From: Pseudomonadota bacterium
GTDB lineage: Bacteria > Pseudomonadota > Gammaproteobacteria > Burkholderiales > Burkholderiaceae_D
Reading direction: 5' to 3'
Length of the DNA: 64,000 nucleotides
NCBI GenBank assembly: GCA_040389645.1
Contig: JAZJZT010000011.1
Span: 129,532 to 193,531 of the forward strand
This document shows positions 43,492 through 55,175 of the stretch, piece after piece. A program made the translations under genes and the position numbers. The stretch's first letter is position 1. Every line of letters starts with the position of its first letter. Under the pieces are notes generated by a model, which did no database searches, had not been told where the DNA came from, and saw only the letters and a list, made by a program, of their open reading frames with translations.

Positions 43492-43704
43492 CTATTCGAC
43501 ACCGGGTGCGGGCGCGCAAGCCTGGCAGCGGCACAAATGCGCCTGCCGGGTCAATTGCAGCAGTTCGCAACCGCTGCGTGCCTGGCGCAGCAGCGCGCCC
43601 TTGAACAGTTCACCGCCGCCGCCGAGGAAATCGAGTTCGTCAAACCGCTCGGCCCAGCCGGTTTGCATGGTGGTAACCAGGTGAAATAGCTGCTGACAAT
43701 ACAC
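43492..43704 (-). CDS. Small hypothetical Cys-rich protein
   Basis: Coding-like GC3 bias; GTG start with no clear SD; ends HLCRCQAC. Confidence 0.4.
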   Translation of the reverse strand: MYCQQLFHLVTTMQTGWAERFDELDFLGGGGELFKGALLRQARSGCELLQLTRQAHLCRCQACAPAPGVE

Positions 43705-43806
43705 GATGTGGCCGCAATACGTGACAAAGATGCCAGTCTAACAAAAGCAGCAGGAAGCTGCTTGGTGCGGGTGCAAGAGGAGCGGGTCCTGGCTCCGGGT
43801 GAAACG

Positions 43807-43971
43807 TGATGCAGTTAATTTAAGCCACAGGCCACAGCGATGTCATTCCCGCGCAGGCGGGAATCCCATTTTTACAGCTCGTAATTCCTGCTCACTATCG
43901 TATGCGCTCAAACTCAATGGGATTCCCGCCTGCGCGGGAATGACAAATTTGGCGCCAACTTAATATTATTA
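43807..43971. mobile_element. IS4-ended REP-doublet MITE, copy D (eroded ends, distinct spacer)
   Basis: GTCATTCCCGCGCAGGCGGGAATCCCAT...ATGGGATTCCCGCCTGCGCGGGAATGAC; ends TGATGCAGTTAATTTA / AACTTAATATTATTA. Confidence 0.78.
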
Positions 43972-44003
43972 CACCGTTACGCGCGAAATCAGGAAAGACC
44001 AAA

Positions 44004-44617
44004 TCAGCGCAGCGCGCTGGCCGCCTTGGCGATTTCCGTGATGCGGTCCCAGTTGCCGGCCTGGATCAAGTCCTTCGGCGTCAGCCACGAACCGCCGACG
44101 CAGGCGACGTTTTTCAGTGCCAAAAATTGCGCCGCCGTGTCTTGCGAAATGCCGCCGGTCGGGCAGAACGTCACGTCCGGCAGCGGACCGCCGATCGCAT
44201 TGAGCATGCCGATGCCGCCGGCCGGCACCGCCGGGAACAATTTCAACTGTTTAAAACCGTGCTCGCGCGCAGCCATCACTTCGGACGGCGTCATCACGCC
44301 CGGCAACAGCGGCAGGCCGCTGCTTTTCGCGGCGGCGATCAGAGCCGACGTCAAGCCAGGCGACACGCCGAACACCGCACCGGCGTCGCGCGCGGCGGCG
44401 AATTCTTCCGGTTGCGTCAGCGTGCCGACGCCGACGATCGCGCCTTCGACCTGCGCCATCGCGCGGATCGCTTCCAGCCCGTGCTTGGTGCGCAGCGTCA
44501 CTTCCAGCACGCGGATGCCGCCCGCCACCAGCGCGCGCGCCAGCGGTACGGCGTGTTCAGGGTCGTCGATCGCGATCACGGGGATGACGGCCGAGGTACG
44601 CATAATGTCCAGCAAAG

Positions 44618-44621
<4 letters not shown>
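44004..44621 (-). CDS. eda: KDPG aldolase
   Basis: LEVTLRT, GVGT, SPG, LKLFPA, CPTGG, GGSW. Confidence 0.97.
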
Positions 44622-46546
<1,925 letters not shown>

Positions 46547-46568
46547 GATCGTTCCTTATGAAGTAATT

Positions 46569-46722
46569 ACGTGAAATTTTACTACATAAATTGCCTGGAA
46601 AAGCTTTTTTATTTGCCTTCAACGAGACAAATGAACAAAAATAGCGGCAGGAACGCCAAGCTGATTGGCCCTGCAAGCCTCTAAACATGAGCACCTGAAC
46701 AAATTGTAGTGAATTTACCTGA
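46569..46722. promoter_or_regulatory. Putative HexR operators between edd and pgi
   Basis: TGTAGTAAAATTTCA (minus, 46572-46586) and TGTAGTGAATTTAC (46705-46718). Confidence 0.65.
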
Positions 46723-46772
46723 TTTTCCTGTATTATTCACAATATCCCAGCAACCCACCGCCTCCGACGACC

Positions 46773-48425
46773 ATGCGCAAGCCAGCCCTTACCGCCACTG
46801 CCAGTTTCCAGGCCCTCGCCTCCCACCATGTCGATGCGCAGCACTGGACGCTGCGCGAACTGTTCGCCGCCGACCCGCAGCGCTTCGAGCACATGTCCGC
46901 CGACGGCGCCGGCCTGTACCTCGATTACTCGAAGAACCGCGTCAGCGCCGACACGATGGCGCTGCTGACGGACCTGGCGCGCGAGCGCGGCGTCGAAGCG
47001 CTGCGCGACGCCATGTTCGCCGGCGAGAAAATCAATCTTACTGAACATCGCGCCGTATTGCATACGGCGCTGCGTATGCCGCGCGGCAAGGAACTGACGG
47101 TCGACGGCCAGGACGTGGCGCACGATGTGCACGCGGTGCTCGAGCGCATCAGGCATTTCACGGACCGCGTACGCAGCGGCGCCTGGCTGGGGCACAACGG
47201 CAAGCCGGTCACCGACATCGTCAACATCGGCATCGGCGGCTCCGACCTGGGACCGAAAATGGCTTGCCTGGCGCTACGCTCCTATTCCCATCCGCGCCTG
47301 ACGATGCACTTCGTTTCGAACGTCGACGGCCACGACATGGATGCCGTGCTGGCCAAGGTCAATCCGGATTCGACGCTGTTCATCGTCGCGTCCAAAACGT
47401 TCACCACGGCCGAAACCATGCTCAACGCGCAGACGGCGCGTACCTGGTTCCTGCAGCACGGCACGGAAAGCGACCTGGCCAGGCACTTTGTGGCCGTCTC
47501 GACCAACACCGAAGCCGTCACTGCCTTCGGCATCGACGCCGACAACATGTTCCCGTTCTGGGACTGGGTCGGCGGGCGTTATTCGATCTGGTCGGCGATC
47601 GGCCTGCCGGTCGCGCTGGCGGTCGGCTTCGGTTATTTCAGCGATTTCCTGGCCGGCGCGCACGAGATGGACAAGCACTTCCAGGAAACGCCGCTGGAAC
47701 AGAACCTGCCTGTATTGCTGGCATTGACCGGTTTCTGGAACCGCCAGTTCCTCGGCTGCGCGTCGCTGTCGATCGCGCCGTACCACCAGGACTTGAACCG
47801 CTTCCCCGCCTACCTGCAACAGCTCGACATGGAAAGCAACGGCAAGCGCGTCACGCGCGGCGGCGCCGCCGTCGACACGCCGACCTGCCCGGTGGTCTGG
47901 GGCGAATGCGGCACCAATGCGCAGCACGCCTATTTCCAGTTGCTGCACCAGGGCACGGACGTGACGCCGATCGATTTTATCGCCGCGCTGCGCCCGACCC
48001 ACGAACTGGACTTGCACCACGACGCGCTGCTGGCCAACTGCTTCGCGCAATCGGAAGCCTTCATGGCCGGCAAGACCGAAGCCGAAGTGCGCGCCGAACT
48101 GCAAGGGCAACACCTGGAAGCGGCGCAGATCGACCAGCTTGCGCCCCATAAAACCTTCCCCGGCAACCGCCCGAGCAACACGATCTTGATGGATGTCTTG
48201 AGTCCGAACGCGCTGGGTGCGCTGATCGCGCTGTACGAACACAAGACTTTCGTGCAGGGTGTGCTGTGGGACGTCAACAGTTTCGACCAGTGGGGCGTGG
48301 AACTGGGCAAGGTACTGGCCAAAAACATCCAGTCCGAATTGACCGGTGAGGCGCAACCGGCGCGCCACGACAGTTCCACCAACGGCTTGATCGCGATGGC
48401 CAAGGCCGCGCAAAACCTGCGTTAA
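46773..48425 (+). CDS. pgi: Glucose-6-phosphate isomerase
   Basis: [34 protein letters not shown]. Confidence 0.98.
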   Translation: MRKPALTATASFQALASHHVDAQHWTLRELFAADPQRFEHMSADGAGLYLDYSKNRVSADTMALLTDLARERGVEALRDAMFAGEKINLTEHRAVLHTALRMPRGKELTVDGQDVAHDVHAVLERIRHFTDRVRSGAWLGHNGKPVTDIVNIGIGGSDLGPKMACLALRSYSHPRLTMHFVSNVDGHDMDAVLAKVNPDSTLFIVASKTFTTAETMLNAQTARTWFLQHGTESDLARHFVAVSTNTEAVTAFGIDADNMFPFWDWVGGRYSIWSAIGLPVALAVGFGYFSDFLAGAHEMDKHFQETPLEQNLPVLLALTGFWNRQFLGCASLSIAPYHQDLNRFPAYLQQLDMESNGKRVTRGGAAVDTPTCPVVWGECGTNAQHAYFQLLHQGTDVTPIDFIAALRPTHELDLHHDALLANCFAQSEAFMAGKTEAEVRAELQGQHLEAAQIDQLAPHKTFPGNRPSNTILMDVLSPNALGALIALYEHKTFVQGVLWDVNSFDQWGVELGKVLAKNIQSELTGEAQPARHDSSTNGLIAMAKAAQNLR

Positions 48426-48436
48426 GGATTAACAAG

Positions 48437-49333
48437 ATGACTGATTACACGATTAGCGTTGCACACGACGAAGCCATGCAGGTCGGCGAATCCCCGCTGT
48501 GGCAGGCCGCCGAACAGACACTGTACTGGGTCGATATCGACGGCTTTGCCGTGCACAGCCTGCACCCTGCCACCGGCAAGCACCGCAAGTGGCCGATGGC
48601 GAGCGAGCCGTCGACCTTGGGCCGCCACGCGAAAGGCGGCCTGGTCGTCGCGCTGCGCGCCGGCTTCATGCACCTCGACACGGAAGACGGTTCCTTATCT
48701 CCGATCGCGCCGGCGCCGTTCGACAAGGAAACCACGCGTTTCAATGACGGCAAAGTCGATGCCGCCGGCCGCTTCTGGGTCGGCACCATTTATGAGCCGC
48801 GCGACAAGCAGGCGGCCGAGATGTTCGTGCTGGAACGCGGAGAAATACGCAAGGCCTGGTCGGGCGGCATGACGGTGTCGAACGGACTCGGCTTCAGCCA
48901 GGACAACCGGGTGCTGTACCACGCCGACACGACTTCGCACCGCATCGACCGCTATGAATACGACCTGGCCAGCGGCACCGTGTCCGGGAAGCAGGAATTA
49001 AAACAGTTTTCGATGGACAAGGCGAATAACTATGGCGGCCGGCCGGACGGCGCCGCGGTCGACAGCGAAGGGTATTACTGGTGCGCGATGTTTGAGGGCG
49101 GACGCGTGCTGCGCATTTCTCCCATCACCGGCGAGATCGTCGACGAGATCAAACTGCCAGTGCGCTGCCCGACGATGGTCGCGTTCGGCGGCGAGGATTT
49201 GCGCACGCTGTACATCACCAGCGCCTCCGCCAAGCGCACGGCCGAAGAACTGGCGCAATTCCCGCTTAGCGGGCGTGTGTTGCAGGTACGGGTTGGAGTG
49301 GCGGGGCTGAATGAGCCTGCTTATGTTGAATGA
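48437..49333 (+). CDS. SMP-30/gluconolactonase family protein
   Basis: GESPLW, LYWVDI, RFNDG, SNGL, PDG, FGGEDLRTLYITSA. Confidence 0.92.
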   Translation: MTDYTISVAHDEAMQVGESPLWQAAEQTLYWVDIDGFAVHSLHPATGKHRKWPMASEPSTLGRHAKGGLVVALRAGFMHLDTEDGSLSPIAPAPFDKETTRFNDGKVDAAGRFWVGTIYEPRDKQAAEMFVLERGEIRKAWSGGMTVSNGLGFSQDNRVLYHADTTSHRIDRYEYDLASGTVSGKQELKQFSMDKANNYGGRPDGAAVDSEGYYWCAMFEGGRVLRISPITGEIVDEIKLPVRCPTMVAFGGEDLRTLYITSASAKRTAEELAQFPLSGRVLQVRVGVAGLNEPAYVE

Positions 49334-49383
49334 CATCGGCCATGCCGGGGTCAAATCCGATAAGCGCATCTGTACGCAGACAA

Positions 49384-49445
49384 AAATCAGAGGCAAATGC
49401 CGGGGTCAGACCCCGGGGTCTGACCCCAGATTTTGCCTCTGATTT
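49384..49445. repeat. Hairpin repeat, family 2, copy 3
   Basis: AAATCAGAGGCAAA-TGCC-GGGGTCAGACCCCGGGGTCTGACCCC-AGAT-TTTGCCTCTGATTT. Confidence 0.88.
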
Positions 49446-49453
49446 AATGGTTT

Positions 49454-49503
49454 TGTAGTAAATTTTCTTGCATTTACTAGATTTATGTAGTAAATTTTCA
49501 TAG
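49454..49503. promoter_or_regulatory. Two putative HexR operators upstream of zwf
   Basis: TGTAGTAAATTTTC at 49454 and 49486, same motif as at edd/pgi. Confidence 0.68.
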
Positions 49504-49547
49504 TAAATGTCATCCGCGGTACAACTTTTTGCAATCACCTACATATT

Positions 49548-51020
49548 ATGGCTCTTACTGATTTTGACCTGGTTCTGTTTGGCGGCAGCGGCGATCTGTC
49601 GATGCGCAAATTGCTGCCCGCGATGTATTCGCGCGACGTCTGCGGCGACCTGCCGCCAACGGCACGCATCATCTGCGTCGGCCGCCAGGATTGCGGACAG
49701 GAAGAATTCATCAAAACCGTCAACAGCACATCGCGCCCGCACATCAAGTCGCCGGCCGTGACGCCGGAAGCGTGGGAGCGTTTTACCGCGCGCATCGTCT
49801 ACGTCTCGTTGAACGCGACCGAGTCAAGCAGCTACGGCCCGCTGGTCGAAGCGCTGCGCGGCGACCCGGCGCTGACGCGCGTGTATTACCTGGCCACGCC
49901 GCCGCACCTGTTCGCGAAAATCTGCGACAACCTGAAAGAAAACGCGCTGGTCACGCCGAACTCGCGCGTGGTGCTGGAAAAGCCGCTCGGGCGCGACCTC
50001 GCCTCCGCCAAGCAGATCAACGCCGAAGTCGGCCAGGTGTTCGCCGAATCGCAGATCTACCGGATCGACCATTACCTCGGCAAGGAAACCGTGCAGAACC
50101 TGCTGGCTCTGCGCTTCGGCAATATCCTGTTCGAACCGCTGTGGCGCCGCGAATGGATTTCGGACGTGCAGATCACGATCGCCGAAAAACTCGGCGTCGG
50201 CAACCGCATCGGTTATTACGACACCTCGGGCGCGCTGCGCGACATGCTGCAAAACCATTTATTGCAACTGCTGTGCATCGTCGCGATGGAACCGCCGACG
50301 TCGATCGCGCCGGATGCCGTGCGCGATGAAAAGCTGCAAGTCTTGCGTTCGCTGAAAAAATTCACGCCGGCGACCTTGGCGCAAAACATCGTGCGCGGCC
50401 AGTACCGCGCCGGCCACGTCGACGGCCAGCCGGTGCCCGGCTACCGCGACGAACCGGATGCGCCGGAACGTTCGCGCACCGAAACCTTTGTCGCGATGAA
50501 GGCGGAAATCGATACCTGGCGCTGGGCCGGCGTGCCGTTCTACCTGCGCACCGGCAAGCGCATGGCCGATGGCCTGGCCGAAATCGTCGTGCGCTTCAAG
50601 CCGATCCCGCATTCGATCTTCAACCAGCCGACGTCGAGCTTCCAGCCGAACTGCCTGGTGATCCGCCTGCAACCGGACGAAGGTCTGCGCATGAACCTGA
50701 TGGCGAAAACCCCGGGCGAAGGCATGCGTTTGAAACCGGCGGAACTCGAACTCGATTTCCGCGAATCGTTCAAATCGCCACGGATGGATGCCTACGAACG
50801 CTTGCTGCTGGACGTGTTGCGCGGCCAGTTGACGTTGTTCATGCGCGGCGATGAACTGGAAGCGGCATGGGAATGGGTCGAACCGATCCTGCACCATTGG
50901 GAACAGGACGACTCGATCCCGACGCCGTACGCATCCGGCACCTGGGGTCCGGCCGCCGCCAGCGCGCTGATCGGCCGCGACGGTTTGCAATGGCGCGAAG
51001 AAGCGCTGCCAGAGGACTGA
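49548..51020 (+). CDS. zwf: Glucose-6-phosphate 1-dehydrogenase
   Basis: FGGSGDL, EKPLG, RIDHYLGKE, RWAGVPFYLRTGK. Confidence 0.98.
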   Translation: MALTDFDLVLFGGSGDLSMRKLLPAMYSRDVCGDLPPTARIICVGRQDCGQEEFIKTVNSTSRPHIKSPAVTPEAWERFTARIVYVSLNATESSSYGPLVEALRGDPALTRVYYLATPPHLFAKICDNLKENALVTPNSRVVLEKPLGRDLASAKQINAEVGQVFAESQIYRIDHYLGKETVQNLLALRFGNILFEPLWRREWISDVQITIAEKLGVGNRIGYYDTSGALRDMLQNHLLQLLCIVAMEPPTSIAPDAVRDEKLQVLRSLKKFTPATLAQNIVRGQYRAGHVDGQPVPGYRDEPDAPERSRTETFVAMKAEIDTWRWAGVPFYLRTGKRMADGLAEIVVRFKPIPHSIFNQPTSSFQPNCLVIRLQPDEGLRMNLMAKTPGEGMRLKPAELELDFRESFKSPRMDAYERLLLDVLRGQLTLFMRGDELEAAWEWVEPILHHWEQDDSIPTPYASGTWGPAAASALIGRDGLQWREEALPED

Positions 51021-51116
51021 CATGAGCGCAAGGAGCATGGCCATGCATGGCCATCCCGTTACGCAGGCGCGGTGCATGCACCGCGAAACCCCTGCTACAC
51101 CGTTACCGGAAGACTG

Positions 51117-51971
51117 ATGTTACTCGATTCCATCCGCACCCAGCTCGACGCGCTGTCGAAGTCGGAACGCAAAGTCGCGCTGGCGGTGCTGGACCACCCG
51201 GCGCAGATCGTCAACCAGAACATCACGGCACTGGCGCGCAGCGCGCAAGTGTCGGAGCCGACCGTCGTGCGCTTTTGCCGCACGCTCGGCTACGATGGCT
51301 GGCACGAATTCAAGTTAAAACTGGCGCAGGGATTGGCGCTGGCGCTGCCCGGCCTGAACGAGCAACCGGCTCAGGACGACCTGGCGGCGGATCTCGTCAA
51401 CAAGATCTGCAGCCGCTCGATCAATACGCTGCTCGACCTGCGCAACAACCTGAACCCGGAAGCGGTCCAGCAGGCGCTCGACATCCTGTCGCGCGCCAAC
51501 AAGATCGAATTCTATGGACAGGGCACGTCCGGCATCGTGGCCGCCGATGCGCAGCACAAGTTCTTCCGTTCCGGCGTGCCGACCGTCGCCTACGCCGACC
51601 CGGCCATCCACAGCATCGCCGCCGCACTGCTGCGCAACGGCGACGCGGTGGTCGCCATTTCGCAGCGCGGCAACAGTCCGGCGCTGGTGCGTTCGATCAA
51701 ACTGGCGCGCCGCGGCGGCGCCGACGTGATCGTGCTGGCGCCATCGGGCACGCCGCTGGCCGAGATGGCCACCGTGCTGATCCCGATCGACCTGATTTTC
51801 AACACCGATCCCTATACGCCGATCTCGGCACGGCTGGCCTATCTCGTCGTCATCGACGTGCTGGCCGTCGGCCTGGCGCTGCAACGCGGCCCCGAATTCC
51901 GCAAAAAAATGCAGAACGCGCAAAAAGCGCTGCAAGAGTTCGACCTGCAATTCGATTCCTTCATCGGCTAA
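51117..51971 (+). CDS. hexR: RpiR-family regulator HexR
   Basis: LSKSERKVA, VSEPTVVRFCR HTH plus SIS domain; lies within the ED cluster. Confidence 0.88.
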   Translation: MLLDSIRTQLDALSKSERKVALAVLDHPAQIVNQNITALARSAQVSEPTVVRFCRTLGYDGWHEFKLKLAQGLALALPGLNEQPAQDDLAADLVNKICSRSINTLLDLRNNLNPEAVQQALDILSRANKIEFYGQGTSGIVAADAQHKFFRSGVPTVAYADPAIHSIAAALLRNGDAVVAISQRGNSPALVRSIKLARRGGADVIVLAPSGTPLAEMATVLIPIDLIFNTDPYTPISARLAYLVVIDVLAVGLALQRGPEFRKKMQNAQKALQEFDLQFDSFIG

Positions 51972-52003
51972 CGCGGCCGGCCGCGCCGATCCGGGCCGGC
52001 TCT

Positions 52004-52180
52004 TGATGCCGTTAAGTTAAGCCCCAAGACCGCAACCCTGTCGTTCCCGCGCAGGCGGGAACCCATAATTCACATCCTGTCCTGCGAAATTTATAGAAAA
52101 TGGGACAGGTGCTATGGGGGAAAGGCATGCCTTTCCCCTGCGCGGGAACGACAAAGTTTGGCATCAACTTAACGGCATTA
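52004..52180. mobile_element. IS4-ended REP-doublet MITE, copy E
   Basis: TGATGCCGTTAAGTTA...AACTTAACGGCATTA; flanks GGGCCGGCTCT/AGACCCGCTCT (8/11). Confidence 0.82.
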
Positions 52181-52194
52181 AGACCCGCTCTCAC

Positions 52195-52827
52195 TTACCG
52201 TTTTTCCTCCACAAAATACTGGCCGCTAAAAATACGGCGCGGGTTGCCGCGTTCGACCTGGCGGTGTTGCGCGTGCCTTTCCGCCTTGTTCACCTCCCGC
52301 CTGCCCGCCTCCACCGCGGCCAGTTTATTCGCCAGCAATACCGCGGCGAGACGCTTGTTCGCGTGCTGGCTGCGCTCGGTTTGCACGCGGACCGACAGCC
52401 CGGTGCCGAGATGCGTGGCCCGGATCGCGCTGCTGGTCTTGTTGACGTGCTGTCCTCCCGGCCCGGCGGCGCGGCTTGCCTCGTACCGGATGACACTGTC
52501 CGGTAAAGGCACTGGCTCTGTATGCAGCGCGCCGCCGATATACCAGTTCTTGCGCGGATGCGCGGGCCGGTAGGGGCTTGCGCATTTCCAAAGGATGCTG
52601 CCGCACCAGTTGCGCGCCAGATCGAGCGCCTGCCGGCCATCGCCTGGCGCCGTCAAACCCAGCAGCACGGAACTCAATGTTCCGGCGACCGGTCCCACCT
52701 CTTCTTCCAGCACGTCCACCTCGACGCCGGCAGCGGCAGCTTCCATCTCCACTACCTTCAACGCATGGCTCACCGCCAGACAGCATTCCGCCGGCCCCGT
52801 ATTTGCGGTCAATTGCAGCAAGATCAT
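52195..52827 (-). CDS. prfH: Peptide chain release factor homolog PrfH
   Basis: [45 protein letters not shown]; TGATG coupling to the upstream rtcB. Confidence 0.93.
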   Translation of the reverse strand: MILLQLTANTGPAECCLAVSHALKVVEMEAAAAGVEVDVLEEEVGPVAGTLSSVLLGLTAPGDGRQALDLARNWCGSILWKCASPYRPAHPRKNWYIGGALHTEPVPLPDSVIRYEASRAAGPGGQHVNKTSSAIRATHLGTGLSVRVQTERSQHANKRLAAVLLANKLAAVEAGRREVNKAERHAQHRQVERGNPRRIFSGQYFVEEKR

Positions 52828-54020
52828 CAGCAGCACTCCCCGCGGGTTTTATAGGTCAGCACCGGCTTGCTCTTCGCCACGACCGACACCAGGCCGGCGC
52901 CGACCAGGGTATCAAGCACGCTGTCGACATCCTTGTAGGCTTGCGGTGCCTCTTCGTAGATCAGCGCGCGGTCGGCGCAAATCACGCGGCCGCCCAGCGC
53001 CGTGCGCGCCAGTTGCGCCGGCGTCGCCAGCTTGACCAGGCGGCCCTTGCAATCGCTCCTCTGCCACTTGCGGCCGGCGCCATGCGCTAGTGAACACAGG
53101 CTCAGTTCATCGGCCACCGGCAGTGGCGCGATCAGGTAACTGTAATCGTCGCGCGAGCCCGGCAGCATCACCAGGCCCTGGTCAGCGGGATTGGCCCCCT
53201 TGCGGTGCAGCCAGCCTGGCACGCCATCGATGACAGCCGGCGTGATCAGGTTGTGGTCCACATCGAGAATGTTCGCGCCATCGCAACGCAACCGCTGCAG
53301 GACGCGCAAGGCGATCAGCCACCGGTTCAGCCCGGCATAGACGAGCGCCGCGTCGTGCCGGCGCAGGTAATCGTCCGCTTCCGGTGTGCCGGCCTGCAAG
53401 CCGTCATGGCTGAACAGGTCGACATGGCTGCGCAGCACAATCTGTCCCAGGCCGCGCGAGCCGCTGTGCACCACCAGTTGCAGTTGCTTGGCCCGCATGC
53501 CGCTGGCATCGAACGCCTGCGGGTCTTCCACTTGCAGCACCGATTGCAGTTCGACGAAATGATTGCCCAAACCTATAGTGCCGAGCGAACGCATGCTGGC
53601 GCTATCGAGGCCAGCTTCGGCTAGTTGCCGTTCAAGCGCGGCCAACCGGTCACCGAGTTCGGGAGCGAGCCGCTCCAGTAGCGCGAATTCATCTTCCTGG
53701 ACGGGGCCGTCCAGGTTGCCGATCTGCCGGTCGAGCTTGTCGAGCTTGACCTTGCTGGCAAGCAGGTCGGTCTGCCACAGGCTCACACCGCATCCGATGT
53801 CGCCACCGCACAGGGCGGGATAGAAGCGGCCTTCGGAAAAAAACGAGGCGCCGACCGGGTAGCCGCGTCCGGGGTGCAGGTCGGGCAAGCCGACGACACG
53901 GCGCATGCCGGGAAGTTGCGCCGTGGTTTTCAATTGTTGTATTGCAGCGTCTTCCAGCCACAAACGGTCCGACGCAATCAAAGAGACGCGTTCGGACACA
54001 GGACGAATAAAATTGCCCAT
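52827..54020 (-). CDS. rtcB2: PrfH-coupled RtcB-family RNA ligase (RtcB2)
   Basis: MGNFIRP start, PDLHPG, DIGCG, GNHF.E, VHSGSRG, HN, HRKGA, AHGAGR, YEEAP.AYK. Confidence 0.92.
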   Translation of the reverse strand: MGNFIRPVSERVSLIASDRLWLEDAAIQQLKTTAQLPGMRRVVGLPDLHPGRGYPVGASFFSEGRFYPALCGGDIGCGVSLWQTDLLASKVKLDKLDRQIGNLDGPVQEDEFALLERLAPELGDRLAALERQLAEAGLDSASMRSLGTIGLGNHFVELQSVLQVEDPQAFDASGMRAKQLQLVVHSGSRGLGQIVLRSHVDLFSHDGLQAGTPEADDYLRRHDAALVYAGLNRWLIALRVLQRLRCDGANILDVDHNLITPAVIDGVPGWLHRKGANPADQGLVMLPGSRDDYSYLIAPLPVADELSLCSLAHGAGRKWQRSDCKGRLVKLATPAQLARTALGGRVICADRALIYEEAPQAYKDVDSVLDTLVGAGLVSVVAKSKPVLTYKTRGECC

Positions 54021-54130
54021 GATGTATTTCCATAAAAATTAGCAAGGAAATGGGCACTGGTGGCGAAGACGGTTCACACCATCGTCGCGGGGACGCGCAC
54101 GGCAAGCCGGCCTAGTCGGACCGGGTGTTT

Positions 54131-54190
54131 TTATGCGTGGCGCGGAATATCCAGGCCCATCGAAGAAGTCGTTGATCGTGTGCCAGTCAT
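54131..54190 (-). CDS. Putative leader peptide MTGTRSTTSSMGLDIPRHA (19 aa)
   Basis: AAAGGAG SD 7 nt before ATG; lies downstream of a TTGCCA-N17-TACCGT promoter; too short for the ORF track. Confidence 0.6.
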   Translation of the reverse strand: MTGTRSTTSSMGLDIPRHA

Positions 54191-54235
54191 GATTGAACTC
54201 CTTTCGAAAATGAACACTGGTTGATAGGGATTCCT

Positions 54236-54264
54236 ACGGTAGCCGATTCATTCTTTGTTGGCAA
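54236..54264 (-). promoter_or_regulatory. Putative sigma-70 promoter of leader-rtcB2-prfH
   Basis: TTGCCA-17 nt-TACCGT. Confidence 0.5.
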
Positions 54265-54452
54265 GAAATTCCTGATTATTTTCCAAGCCGGTGTCACGAA
54301 TGCGGCGCCATGGCGATATACCGGTGCTGCCCGCAGCATTGGAAGCTCGGCCGGCGTTCGCGCCGGACGGGATTATTTTATTTTGCCGTTCGAGGGTCAC
54401 GGTCCGCATCCGACAACGATGTGGCCGGACTATCGGATGAAAGGATCTCGCC

Positions 54453-55115
54453 ATGAAACCCAACTACACCCCGTCCGGGATGACGTACGAACCCGGAGGT
54501 ATTACCGAGCGCAACGATTACCTCGATGCGATGTGCAACGCGCTGCTGGCGCCGGCCGAACAGGCATTCCGGCAGGCGATCGTGCGCCAGACGGCGACCG
54601 AAAGCGCGCAAGCGCTGGCCGGCGAAGCGCAGGCGGCGCTGCGGGGCATCCTGGGTGAATTGCGCGACGAATCGGTGCTCGATGAGGAGTTGCAGCACGT
54701 CAGCACGGTATTGACTGCCGCGCTGATGGATGGCCCGCCGCCCGACCCCGGCGCCAACCTGGCGTGGATCAGGACGCGCAGCCGCGACCTGGCGCGCGCG
54801 CTGGGCGGCTTCTGGGTCAACCTGGCCGACAGCGACAGACTGCGGCGCATCGCCTGCGCCAATTTGCTGAGCGAACCGGCCAGCCCCGTCAACAGCGAAC
54901 AGCGGCGCCAATGGGCCTTGATCTATTCGCGCTTTTTCCTGACGCAGGACGAGGCGCGCGCGCTGATGACTTGCCTGAACCAGTACGTGCCGCGGGCGGC
55001 CGACATGCAGTCGGTCCGGCAGGACAAGCACGCCTACCGGGAAGTGCCGGGCAACACGGGTAGCCAAGCCGTGCTGGCCGGGCATTGGCATTTTATCCAC
55101 AGTGGCAACCGGTAA
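54453..55115 (+). CDS. Hypothetical, probably mostly helical protein
   Basis: AAAGGA RBS, coding-like GC3; no motif recognised. Confidence 0.75.
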   Translation: MKPNYTPSGMTYEPGGITERNDYLDAMCNALLAPAEQAFRQAIVRQTATESAQALAGEAQAALRGILGELRDESVLDEELQHVSTVLTAALMDGPPPDPGANLAWIRTRSRDLARALGGFWVNLADSDRLRRIACANLLSEPASPVNSEQRRQWALIYSRFFLTQDEARALMTCLNQYVPRAADMQSVRQDKHAYREVPGNTGSQAVLAGHWHFIHSGNR

Positions 55116-55175
55116 ATGCCGTACGCTGCGAACGCGGATGCGGATGCTGGCCACGCCGTACGGTGCCGGTGCCAT

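Noticed and set aside
52195-54020. RtcB2-PrfH as a novel system in itself
   Set aside because: It is an already characterised ribosome rescue and repair pair; only its leader and neighbours are reported as findings.
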